A DNA stretch of 64,000 nucleotides from the NCBI GenBank assembly GCA_951406725.2, contig OX597814.1, positions 118,172,001-118,236,000 on the forward strand, given 5' to 3'. The stretch is from Octopus vulgaris. Lineage: Eukaryota. The notes below the pieces were generated by a model. It did no database searches. It saw nothing but the letters and a program-made list of their open reading frames with translations, and had not been told where the DNA came from. The translations under genes and the position numbers were made by a program. Of the stretch, positions 12,912-24,600 are shown piece by piece. Position 1 is the first letter of the stretch. Every line of letters begins with the position of its first letter.

Positions 12912-14102
12912 AAATCTAACAATAATATAACATATATGAATGCGCACAGCAACCATCCACACAACATTATAAAAAACCTGACCACGAACATAGACAGAAG
13001 AATATATTGACTATCATGGAACGAATAAATATTTAATAAACATAATGACTATTATAACCTAGCACTTAAGAAGGCAGGACATCAATATGAAATTAAGTAT
13101 AACAAAGATAATAGCACCAGTATAAATCATATGAAACATAATTGCAAAAATGATAAAGTTAAAATTAGTGAATATAATAATTATAATGAAATAGTATATC
13201 CTAATAAACAAATAATGAAAACCCCTAATAATGGTCATGAACATAACATCAACAACACGCCTATCATCATTATAATAACAATACAAAAAAACTCAAGCAT
13301 TATGAGCACCACAACAGAAGTAAACTCAGAAAAAAATAAAAGTCTCAGTAATTACTACCTTCCTAACCACACTAATGTAAATAAACCTATAAATACTGGC
13401 AACGTAAACCATAACTGTATGATTATATAATTAAAGTTAAGAATAGGAACATTAAGTTAAGAAACAGAAAAACACAGAAATAATCAAAATAAGACAAATT
13501 ACTATAATGATTTGGATAACCATAATACTCTAATTAATAAGGATAAGAACAACATAATAAAAAAGAAATCATGTATGAGAAAAATTGACTCTCTGAATCC
13601 TACACAATTCTTTATCAAAGCAGACAACCAGAAAACCATTTGGGTAATAATTCCCTTTGCAAAACACTTAAAATCGAAATTTATTAGATCCATAAGAATG
13701 ATTAATAATAAAAACTTAAAAAACACAAAATGCTCAAAAATATTTAATAAAATGTATATTAGATTTGGATTTTCCGTTTCTCCCAATTCTTTTTAGGATA
13801 ATATCTTCATTTAATAATAAGAAATCAGATTAATTCTATGAAAACAAAATTACTGAAACTATACCTAGAACCGCCAATAATACTAATAATAAACCGTATA
13901 ATGCTACAATTAACACTATTAATACTGCTAATAACCATAAATCTTATAATTCAACAAAATATACATGTAGCACAACTAAACCACGCACGAACACAAATTG
14001 CAATTGCAGAGGTCCTAATGCTTGTAAATTAGAGAGAGATTGTAAAAAGAAAGACGTTGTATACCACACAACAATTAGAACACAGGGTTACACATACACA
14101 CA

Positions 14103-14144
<42 letters not shown>

Positions 14145-14405
14145 CATGCACACACACACACACACATATATAGGTTGCATCAAAACCAACTTAAATCTAG
14201 AATTTCGAACCACAAATCCAACTTTAGGGACTCTCTTACTCTTTTACTCGTTTCAGTCATTTGACTGTGGCCATATTGCAGCATCGCCTTTAGTCGAGCA
14301 CATCAACCCCAGGTCTCTTTTGCCGAACCACTAAGTTACGGGGACGTAAACACACTACCATCGGTTGTCAAGCGATATTGGGGGGACAAACACAGACACA
14401 CAAAA

Positions 14406-14476
<71 letters not shown>

Positions 14477-14835
14477 CGACGAGCTTCCTTCAGTTTCCGT
14501 CTACCAAATCCACTCACAAGTCTTTGGTTGGCCGAGGCTATACTAGAAGACACTTGCCTAAGGTACCACTCAGTGGGACTGAACTCGGAACCATGTAGTT
14601 CGTAAGCAAGCTACTTACAAAAAAAAATCCACCTCAAAAGAAAGAATATTAATTACTCAAATTTTTCGAGATAAAATCTTCTACTCCTTCTTACGGAAGT
14701 AACAATATAATATGCAGTTTGTGTCTAGAAGAAGGCTATAATATAATGAGAATGAATGGAAACATAGTTAATACGAGGGATGAAAAAGTGTCTTATGTAA
14801 ACACATGTCAAAATTCTTATTCGTGAGTCTAAAAA
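12912..14835 (+). mobile_element. Decayed Penelope-like element (RT thumb, Cys-rich linker, GIY-YIG endonuclease)
   Basis: Motifs in order: YMNAHSNHPHNIIKN..ALKKAG; KTIWVIIPF..KIFNK..FGFSVSPN; CNCRGPNACKLERDC..VVY; YIG; CSLCLEE..VNTRDE..CKH. Interrupted by a SINE and a (CA)n run. Confidence 0.82.
14231..14618 (-). mobile_element. SINE family B copy inserted in the Penelope-like relic
   Basis: The reverse complement matches 17988-18392. Confidence 0.9.
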
Positions 14836-15099
14836 TACCTATTAACTACCTTATTTCTTCGTTTGATACATTTGAAAAAAAACACATTGTACTCTCCCTT
14901 GTAACTTAATATAGAAACTCCTGTCCCCATTGTATCACTATAACATAAATTCCCTTTATATACATGATTTTGATATTTCCTTTATGATAATTGAAGGACC
15001 TTCTATATATAGGGCCATTATGCAAACTGTATCTTTCTATACATTTTTCCCTTTACATTTGGATATATGAATTTATACTTGCCTATTTACATATTTACT

Positions 15100-15660
15100 C
15101 CTATGTTTTTGCACACACGCGTATGCGTGTATGTGTACTTTCTATGCGCTTAAAAATGTATATGAACCTGTACATGCATGTCTGTGAGTATGTACACCCA
15201 TTATGTATGTATATATATACATATATATATGTGCAGGTGTATTTGGGTGTTGTATGCACATACATATGGATATATATATGCTATACCATCTTCTGCACGG
15301 TGATATTTTTGTATACCTGCGTATTTGTATTTAAGCGTATATACTTATATGTATGACCTTGTATACCTGTGTATATGTACTTCATATTTTTCTCTCTCCC
15401 AACATATCTATATCACTAAATACTTGCATATGTTATTTGTTATTCCTTCTTATAACTGAGTATACTTTTAATACTGGTATATATACACGTATATATTATT
15501 TTGCGGTTTTGCGTGTTTGCATCTATGTATGCATATCTATATATGCCCCTATGGGTACCTATATATGAATACATATGCTTTTTATGTCTATATGTATGTA
15601 TATGTGTGTATTTATATATATATATATGTGTATGTGTATATATGTACGTATATACATTTG

Positions 15661-15695
<35 letters not shown>

Positions 15696-15718
15696 GTGTG
15701 TATACTTATATACATTTG

Positions 15719-15757
<39 letters not shown>

Positions 15758-15910
15758 ATTTTGATTTACATATGTATGTGTGCATTTGTACATGTATATG
15801 TATGTGTATCTAGTGAGTATGTATATGTATATATATTTGTGCATCCATATTCTTATATGCCTCTATATACATATATGATTGCATATACATACACTCTACT
15901 CCATATATGA
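15100..15910. repeat. Degenerate TA/TG low-complexity tract
   Basis: Long alternating purine-pyrimidine runs. Confidence 0.85.
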
Positions 15911-16853
15911 TAAGCATTTATTCTATAATTTTGTAACATTATATGTACCTCAACATATATCTATCTACTCGCAGATCATAATAATAATTACATTTTAACA
16001 CATGTTTGCACTGAAACTATATAACGTGTAGTATTTATTCCGATACAGCCTTAGGTGTCTTATTCTTGCCGCAAAGAAAATTTCTTAATAATCTTAAATA
16101 AGATAATATAATATAATATGAGAACATAGTATAATATACTAGACCTTATTGCGATTTGTGTTCTGCTGGGGAAGATTGTTTGAGTTGCACCTAAAAAAAA
16201 TATCCATCGTTTTATTTGTCTTGATACTTGTGAAGTCATATCCGGATAATTTTAAATTTACAGTTTAAATTAAAATTCATAATGATTTCGTCTGCTTTGC
16301 TAAATGTCCGCTAAAATTGCAAATTTATATTTACAATATAGTCATTGTTAAATCACAGTACGAAGCATAGAAATCTTTTCCACTCAATATGGCCACAGTC
16401 AAATGACTGAAACGAGTAAAAGAGTAAGAGAGTCCCTAAAGTTGGATTTGTGGCACATAATATAGAAATATAGAGAAACAAATACCCTCAACCCCAACGT
16501 AGCTATTCATTATTCACTTTTCAAATGTCATTATTTACTTTTCAATTTCCGTTGACTGTTGAATTTCAGCATCAAGTAACCTATATGTTCTAAACGAACA
16601 TAACTCATACACCAAGAACATATGCATCCATATCCAATACTTATAGAAATTCTCCCATTGCCGCCTCTATTTTAAAGCATTTTCTACTCCATGAAATTTT
16701 AATTTGCTTCCACATTCTGAAAGTAAGCCAAACTTATAAATTATTTTCGCACATTCTAACCTTGTTCATAAATATATATCTGCAAAATTGTTTTACGCAT
16801 TATAGGGACCACACACACACAAATCTACTCCCACACAGAATCTATAAATCTTT

Positions 16854-16859
<6 letters not shown>

Positions 16860-16892
<33 letters not shown>

Positions 16893-16973
16893 CTCTCTCT
16901 CTACCTTCATCTAATATATATCTCTTTCAATCGACTTTCCGTCTATCTATCTATGTATCTATCTATCTATCTC

Positions 16974-17054
<81 letters not shown>

Positions 17055-17097
17055 ATTTATTTATCTATCAACATATCTATGTATCTATGTATCTCTC

Positions 17098-17170
<73 letters not shown>

Positions 17171-17185
17171 GTCTATCTATCTGTC
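16860..17185. repeat. (CT)n and (TATC)n microsatellites
   Basis: Directly visible. Confidence 0.95.
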
Positions 17186-17654
17186 AGTCTTTATATATTT
17201 GTGCAGCGGTGTGTTATGTAAGCGTACGTGTGTATTCTGTGTGTGTTCTTGTATTCAATGATTGGGTCACTGTTGTACCGGGGCAAATAGGCCCCAGTAC
17301 ATATTCATTGTTTTTTTTTTTTTTGCTTTTGAAGTCTTATATTTTATTGATTTATTTTCACATTTGTGTTATGTTTTTTAACCGCTAATTTAGGGGGAGT
17401 CGTTAAGAAACCACCACACGTTGTAAAGCGGTATGGGAACAATGAAGTTATTGTTTCTTATTGTGTCGCTCCCGCTTAGCCCAGGTTATTCACTTTTATT
17501 ACAAGCCAGCTGTAATTCACAAATCTAGTGTTTGAAGTAAAGTATATCTTCATTCTGCTAAATGTCTTTACATAACCTCAAATTCCATTTTCCCTCATAG
17601 CTGTTGTATCTTTCAAACAATCACACACACACACATGTATACACCTACACATAT

Positions 17655-17900
17655 GGGTGCAGGCGTGGCTGTGTATAAGATGCTTGCTCCCAAACCGTAT
17701 AATTCATGGTTCCGTCACACTGCATGGCAACTTGAGCAAGTATCTTTTATTATAGCCTCGGGCTATATATTTGTGTGTGTGTGTTGTATGTGTATGTATG
17801 CGTGTGTGTATACGAGAGTGGTGTGAGTGTTTATGTTTTTACTCACCACCGTTTGGTTAATGTGTGTTCCCCTTAAATTAGTGATTCACTGAAAGTGATG
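17655..17900 (+). mobile_element. Old, decayed SINE family B copy
   Basis: ggtgcaggcgtggctgtgt...cttgagcaagtatcttttattatagcctcgggc. Confidence 0.7.
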
Positions 17901-17987
17901 ATACTATATGTAAAATACTTTAACATATATAAACAGAAGTTCTGAGTTCGAATCCCAGACGAGCCCTTTTTAATGTTGAATGTTTTA

Positions 17988-18141
17988 GGCGCAGGAGTGG
18001 CTGTGTGGTAAATAGCTTGTTTATCAACCACATGGTTCCGGTTTCAGTTCTACTGCATGGGCAAGTGTCTTCTACTATAGCCTCGAGCCGACCAAAGCCC
18101 TGCGATTGGATCAGGTAGACGGAAACTGAAAGAAGCCTATT

Positions 18142-18185
<44 letters not shown>

Positions 18186-18392
18186 TGTGTGTCTGTGTTT
18201 GTCCCCTCAACATAGCTTGACAACCGATGGTGGTGTGTTTACGTCCCCGTAACTTAGCCGTTCGGCAAAATATACCGATAGAATAAGTACGAGGCTTGCA
18301 AAAAATAAGTCCTGGAGTCGATTTGCTCGACTAAAGGTGGTGCTCCACCATGCCCGCACTCAAATAACTGAAACAAGTAAAAAGAGTAAGTA
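17988..18392 (+). mobile_element. Full-length tRNA-derived SINE family B (CORE/OR2-like)
   Basis: A-box tggctgtgtgg, B-box-like ggtttcagttc, core gggcaagtgtcttctactatagcctc, internal (TA)n, and tail ctgaaacaagtaaaaagag. The family name is from memory. Confidence 0.9.
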
Positions 18393-18442
18393 AAATACGT
18401 AGTATTTTTGGAGGAATTAATTTCCTTAAAATAATCGGTGTG

Positions 18443-18487
<45 letters not shown>

Positions 18488-18489
18488 TA

Positions 18490-18773
18490 TCTCTTATATA
18501 TATAAATCACAGGTTGTGCGTAGAATGACTAACGCATACATTTACACAATTCTCAACCGATTTTCACCGAACTTTACGCACGCATTACTTATGTCTCAGG
18601 TATGGTCATGCACTAAAATATTTCCCCAGAGCCTTCATGTAAATGGATGTAAATTGACATAGCTTTTGTTTGTAGGGTCTTCCATACTTTTTGGATTATT
18701 TTAATAAAATTTAAAGCATGCTGTCTATTTATATAATTTGACTGACCACCAGCAACGGTTATAAAATAGCTAG
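18490..18773 (+). mobile_element. Probable non-autonomous Helitron
   Basis: Starts A|TCtcttatatatataaa, contains ccgattttcaccgaacttt, and has a candidate end cagcaacgg...gCTAG at 18770-18773. An alternative CTAG end lies at 20878-20881. Confidence 0.55.
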
Positions 18774-18867
18774 GAACACTGTACGCGAAGAATATCAAAT
18801 ACCAAACATTTTTAACCTCCATATTTAAGCTGCATTAAACTTTGGCACGCTTACCTTCATCTATTCT

Positions 18868-20194
18868 GGCGCCTTTTCATGTAAGCTTAAATGCGATTTG
18901 CTTTCGTTTTTACCTTAAATATTGTTTAGTTTTTTTGCACTTAAGCGTGACAGCTGAAATATGATTTGGTTTCTTTTTTTTACTGTATATATCAATTAGT
19001 TTCATCTTGTTTTTATTAATTTAATGGACAACGAAAAAGTAACTGATTGGTGCTGACAACATGGGCTCTTGCAAAATGAATGTATTGCCCTTCATGTAGC
19101 TTAGAAATGTATTTTGCGAAAGATAAAAAAATTAGCGATGATATCATTTGTCAATGTAGAAGGCCGCATAGGAAAAGATTGTCAATTAGATCTGGCACTT
19201 TCATTGAAGGAAAACTCCCATTAAGAACAATTGTTTCGTTAATGCATTGGTGGTCATATGATGTGAGTGATACAAAATTTATAATTCGTGAATTGGGTTT
19301 AGCCTCCGAGGCTGTTGTGAATTGGAATAATCATTTCAGAGATATGTGAAGATTATTTCATGAAATATCCTCTTGAATTGGGCGGAGAAGGAATGAATGT
19401 GGAAATAGATGAATTGGTTTTTGTTCGACGAAAGATTAATGCTGGTCACCAAGTGCAAACTCAATGGGTATTTGGTGGGATTGAATTAGGGCAAGGAAGA
19501 AAGTGCTTTTTGGTTGCAGTTCAAGACAGATCAGCTGAAACGTTATTACCAACAATTCAACAATATATACGCCCTGGAACAACAATAATATCCGATTTAT
19601 GGAAGGCTTATAGCACCATTGCGAACCTTCGTTTTAATCACCTCACTGTCAATCACTCAGTTAATTTCGTCGATCCTGTTTCACATGCTTCAACCAATCA
19701 TGTAAAGGCAATATGGAACAGTACTAAAAGACGGAATAAAAGTGAAATTGGAACAGCAAGAACACGTCTTAATAGTTACGTAGTTAAAGTCATGTGGCGA
19801 TATTAATTTAATGATCATCTGTTCCAGAATATTTTGATTGGTGTGAAAGATGTTTATAATCTCTTACTTAAAAAAAATAATATGTGTTTTGTTAGTATTT
19901 TTGTTTTAATTTTAATTTCTTATTGAATATATTTTAGCTATCACGCTTAAGTGTTCATTTTTTATTAAATATCTTTTAGCTTTCTCCCTTAAAGGAAATA
20001 AAGCTCCTTCGTTTCTTATCAAATATATTTTAGCTGTCATTCTTAGCACTAAATATAAATAAATAAAAATTATATTTTTTAAACACGAAGCTAAATCATA
20101 TTTAAGCTGTCACGCTTAAACGAAACTAAACTATATTTAAGGTAAAACAAAAGTAAATTATATTTAAGCTGTCACGCTTAATCGAAAAAGCGCC
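18868..20194 (+). mobile_element. Merlin (IS1595/ISXO2-like) DNA transposon with complete ends
   Basis: Imperfect ~100-bp TIRs ggcgccttttc / gaaaaagcgcc with repeated ttaagctgtcacgcttaa motifs; 8-bp TSD tctattct (18860-18867) / tcttttct (20195-20202). Confidence 0.9.
19024..19870 (+). pseudogene. Merlin transposase pseudogene
   Basis: CPSC..C zinc-finger region and SIRSGTF; VEIDE..RK...WVFGG, DRSAETLLP, TIISDLWKAY, HLTVNHS.NFVDP. Frameshifted, and the expected catalytic Glu reads K (TNHVKAIW). Confidence 0.9.
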
Positions 20195-21014
20195 TCTTTT
20201 CTGAGTTACTTGAAAGGTGATGTTCCCTTCCTTCTCTTCTATTTGTTGATACCTTTGTTTACCTACCAATACGTTGTTTCACTTCAAGCATGTTGATTTA
20301 CCCATCCGTTATAATATTTCGGCTGTCGTCCATTGTTTTAAATAGGTTTTAGCATTATCGTTCTAGCCTTTTTTAAACAATCATATATGATTCCCCCTAA
20401 AGAATCAAATTTTAAATAAAAGTTATATTTTCACTAGCGAAAGCTATACGTATCTTTCAAAAATCTCCATACCAACTTAGATTTATGCAGCATTCTCTGT
20501 TAGTTTATGTACAAAGGGTGTTTTGTTAGCTTCTCTCTCCGAAAAAATAGTTCCTTTGCTGTTGAAAAAAATAAACTCGCAGATGGGAAGTTTCAACGTC
20601 TTCTTTCAATTTCATGACACCATTTATGTGGCTGTTTCTGCTACTCCCAAAACACTTCAAAAGATATACTTTGCATTGCTTGCAAACTTATATGTCCTAT
20701 GATCATTAAAGTGCAGTGACCTCCACAATAACCAGACTTCAATTTCATTTTCCGTTCCTAGGTTAATCGGAAACGTACATTGCTGTAATACTCATAAACC
20801 TTCTCAGTACTTCAATTATTTTGTGAAAGAAAATATCACAAAAGTTACTTAAACCTTTGAAAGAACGGGTGCGTTTACTAGCATTCATAGAAAAGAAGAA
20901 AAGAAAATGGAGAATGGGAAGTTAATAATTGTTTATTATCAACAAAGACTTAATCATCTTCAATTACATCTGTTTCAATTAATGCTCAGTAAATATTAGG
21001 TAAATATTAAATTT

Positions 21015-21400
21015 ATATTTATGTGACCTGCGTGGCGTTCGATTATGAATAAATAATAAATATGCATTATATACAGGGTATCACCAACGAGTGAAAAATT
21101 CGTAAACACACGAGTGATAAGTACAAGATAAAATACCGTCGAAGCTCTGACTCTCCATGAATTTTATATTTTTTAAATTTCTGGATGCTGGTATATTATG
21201 AAGTTTTCCTATTTTGTCGTTGAAAGCACGATTTAGGAGCAATTAGATGTCCGACAACTGATGAGGTGTTATCTACTTTTTTGTCTATGTTTCTGCTATA
21301 TTTTCCAGTACTTACTGCTCGTGTGTTTACGTAGGTTTCACTCGTTGGTGATGTCCTGTACACAATGTGCATTTTTTATAATCGAACGCCACGCAGCCTT
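21015..21400. repeat. Inverted repeat with ~120-bp arms and ~165-bp spacer
   Basis: gcgtggcgttcgattat..atcaccaacgagtgaaa..cgtaaacacacgag pairs with ctcgtgtgtttacg..tttcactcgttggtgat..ataatcgaacgccacgc. Confidence 0.9.
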
Positions 21401-22180
21401 GACCACTGTAAGTTCTTATATTTATATATAATTTCTGCGACTACACACTATTTTCTCTCTTTTTCTCTATCCCACTATAACCTTCTTTTCTATCCTCTAT
21501 CTGTCGTTCTTCCACTCTCTACTATCTGTCATACCTTCTCCCTTCTCACACCTTTTGTTTCTTTCCCTCATCCTATCTATTGTCCACTTCCCCTCTGCCC
21601 TTGTTAGTGACACGTGACTACAGGTAAATTTTCTTGCTCCTGTTTTTACTGGACAAGACGTTCATCGAACTGGATGTCATTTCTCTCGGCTCCCGACTTT
21701 TTCCTTGTACAATTTTGTTCTCTTCTAATTATTCTATTCTACTATTTTCTTCTACTATATTCTTCTCTTCTAATTATTCTACTTCCATGAAAGAATTTCT
21801 CCTAGGCATTGCGTTAACCATTACAATTAGTCTTCGCCGAACGGCCCTTAATATTTGTCTCCGCCGATTGTTTACTCTGTACATCCTCTCTGTCGTTGTT
21901 TGTTCTTTCGAAGACCTAACTCTTAAAAAATTTCCTGATTCTGCTGTCATTTTGTCATTAAAAGCACGATATAGAAGTAATAAAAAGTCCCACAACTGAT
22001 GAGGAGTTATATTCGTTTGTTATTTTGTCCCGTACTTATCACTCATTACTTGTCTACGTATTTTTAACTCGTTGGTGATGTCCTGTAGTTATTGTGTATG
22101 TTTTTGGTATTTTTTCCTGTACACATCTCACGTATATTTACGTATCTTACCCTCGTTGGTGATGCCCTGTACACAACGTT
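21205..22180 (+). repeat. Unclassified interspersed repeat with direct terminal-like repeats
   Basis: The unit ttttgtc..aaagcacgat..caactgatgagg...ctcgttggtgatgtcctgta occurs at about 21210-21360 and 21950-22087, and partially at 22130-22175. Confidence 0.75.
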
Positions 22181-22188
22181 TCTTTTAT

Positions 22189-22575
22189 ATACATATTACT
22201 CAAAGAAATTCTAATCTTGTCTGATTTTCACTTTTTATTTACAATCTTATAATAATAGAATATAAGATGATATAATGTAATGCGATGATAGATTATTAAA
22301 TGTGTATTCTGATTGAACTGGTACTTGAATGCATTAAACTATACAATATTCAGGTTCGTATAGTAGTGGTGGTCGTTATGTTTTACAATTTACAACAGTA
22401 AATTGTAAATTGTAAAATGCAATAGTCATCACTAATATATGAACCTAAAGATTGCATAGTCAGAATGGACATTTGATATTCTATCATTTCATTATATTTT
22501 ATTATCTTATCTTATTATTATAAGATTGTAAATAAAACGTGAAAATAAAAGTTGGAATTCCTTTGAGCAATGTAT
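22189..22575. repeat. ~385-bp imperfect palindrome (foldback/MITE-like)
   Basis: ttttatttacaatcttataataa pairs with ttattataagattgtaaataaaa; the centre is ttttacaatttacaa..ttgtaaattgtaaaa near 22397. Confidence 0.9.
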
Positions 22576-22633
22576 TCTTCTATACACAATCATACACACC
22601 CGTGTGTGCATATATGTATATGTATATACATAC

Positions 22634-22670
<37 letters not shown>

Positions 22671-22702
22671 TATATATATATATTTATATTTATATATATA
22701 TA

Positions 22703-22752
<50 letters not shown>

Positions 22753-22762
22753 CAAAATATTT

Positions 22763-23895
22763 AATCACTAAGATTTGAAATAAGATGTCTCTACTGTTAA
22801 TATCATCTGTGAATAAATTTTAAAATTGATATCACCAGCAGAGACATACGTTGATCGCAGCCACAATAGCATTATATTGCTATGAATTATAAAGTTGCAC
22901 GAAGAATAATGACGCTTAAAAAATACACCTGCTACTAATATGAGCTAAAGACATAAATTTATACACTGTATAGCACCAAAATAACAGAGAAAAGCAGTAT
23001 TCAAGGAAAACGGAAAGCACAAAATAACATATTATGCAGTTTAAGACATCCACATACACGGGTTTCGGTTTTTTGATATTTAATCTTTGAGTTTCTTCAG
23101 TGTGAACTACCCAGTAAGAATTCACGGCCCTCACGTCAAACTCTGAGAGTGCAAAAACAGAGTAAATGGTGCAGAAAAATTATAAACGAAACATTCAATC
23201 ACTAAGATTTGAAATAAGATGTCTCTACTATTGATATCATCTGTGGATAAATTTTTTAATTGATGATATCACCTACAGATAGGTGGATCGCGGGCACAGT
23301 AGCATTATATAGCTATGAATTATATATTTACAGAAAACGTAATGATGCGTAAAAAGCATTTTTCTACAAGAAATAATAGCTAAAGTTTTAAATTAATCCA
23401 CTGTACAGCATCAAGATAACGTAGAAATGCAGTATGCTAGTAAAACGGAAAGAATTAATAGATTTAGCAGTTTATCATTACACTTCGTGCAAATTTCATC
23501 AGATTTCAAATTTATCCACAGACGTTATTAACAGTAGAGATATCTTATTTCAAATCTTAGAGTTTGAATGCTTTGCTTATAATCATTCTGTACCATATGC
23601 TCTGTTTTTGAGTTTTTGACGCAACACAAAACCAGTTGCATTGTCAGAGTTTAACAGTCGGTCGTGAATTCTTACTGATACATCAAGGATTAAATATCGA
23701 AAAGCCGAAACCCGGGTATGTGGATGTCCTAAACTGCATAATATTTTATTTGTGCTGTTCAATGTATTAATTCATTCCGCTTTCCTTGCATATTGTTTTT
23801 TCTCTCTTATATTGGTGCTGTACGGTGGATTAATTTAAGACTTTAGCCCTTATTTCTTGCATGTGAATGCTTTCCAAGCATCATTACGTTTCGTC
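22763..23895. repeat. Tandem (~435-bp period) plus inverted duplication
   Basis: aatcactaagatttgaaataagatgtctctact occurs at 22763 and 23197; about 23505-23890 is the reverse complement of about 22895-23255. Confidence 0.88.
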
Positions 23896-23901
23896 CAAAT
23901 T

Positions 23902-23964
<63 letters not shown>

Positions 23965-24014
23965 GTATGTATATATCATATATATATGTATATATTGTAT
24001 ATATATGCATATAT

Positions 24015-24600
24015 GGGTACAGGACGTCACCATCTGTGTAAACATGAAGAATTACGAAAACAAATGAGTTAAAAACGCTAACAACGAGAGAAAATGGAAA
24101 ACAGGACAAGTAAACATAGAGAACGACCCTACCTGAGTTATCGGCTGTCTATCTGCTCCTCATTTCGAGCATACAACGACAATATGAGTCTTCAAAGGCA
24201 GTTACTCCCATAAATTCTAAAATAAAATTTGGGATATATGGAGGGTCAAATTTGGGAACAAAAACAGGACAGTGGAGACATAGAAGGAAAACGAACGATA
24301 ACAAACATTGAGGTTCGTTAGACCAGAACGAGAGAGAAATAGTGAACGCTGGGGGAAATATTTTCTTTGAAAAGAGAAAAGATAACAGAGAGGGAAAAAC
24401 ACATATTCCGTAGAACGTGCAGGAAACGAAAGATGGTCACGTAAAGAAAAGAAAGATGGACGATGATCATATGTGAGCAGCGAGCGAGAGAAAAAGAGAA
24501 AGAGAGGGAGAGAGGGAGAGACAGATAGCAAATGGTGAAGGAGAGGAAAAGGGAATTAGACAAGGATGATGAAGAAAACTGTATAGAGTAGAGACGCATC
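24015..24600 (-). repeat. Opposite-orientation relative of the 21.2-22.2 kb repeat
   Basis: tacaggacgtcacca and agttatcggctgtctatctgctcc..cgagcatacaacgacaa resemble the reverse complement of the 21210-21360 unit; a purine-rich tract mirrors the pyrimidine-rich 21450-21600. Confidence 0.6.

Noticed and set aside
20203-20860. Possible transposase fragment next to the Merlin element
   Set aside because: The frames I tried gave no convincing motif.
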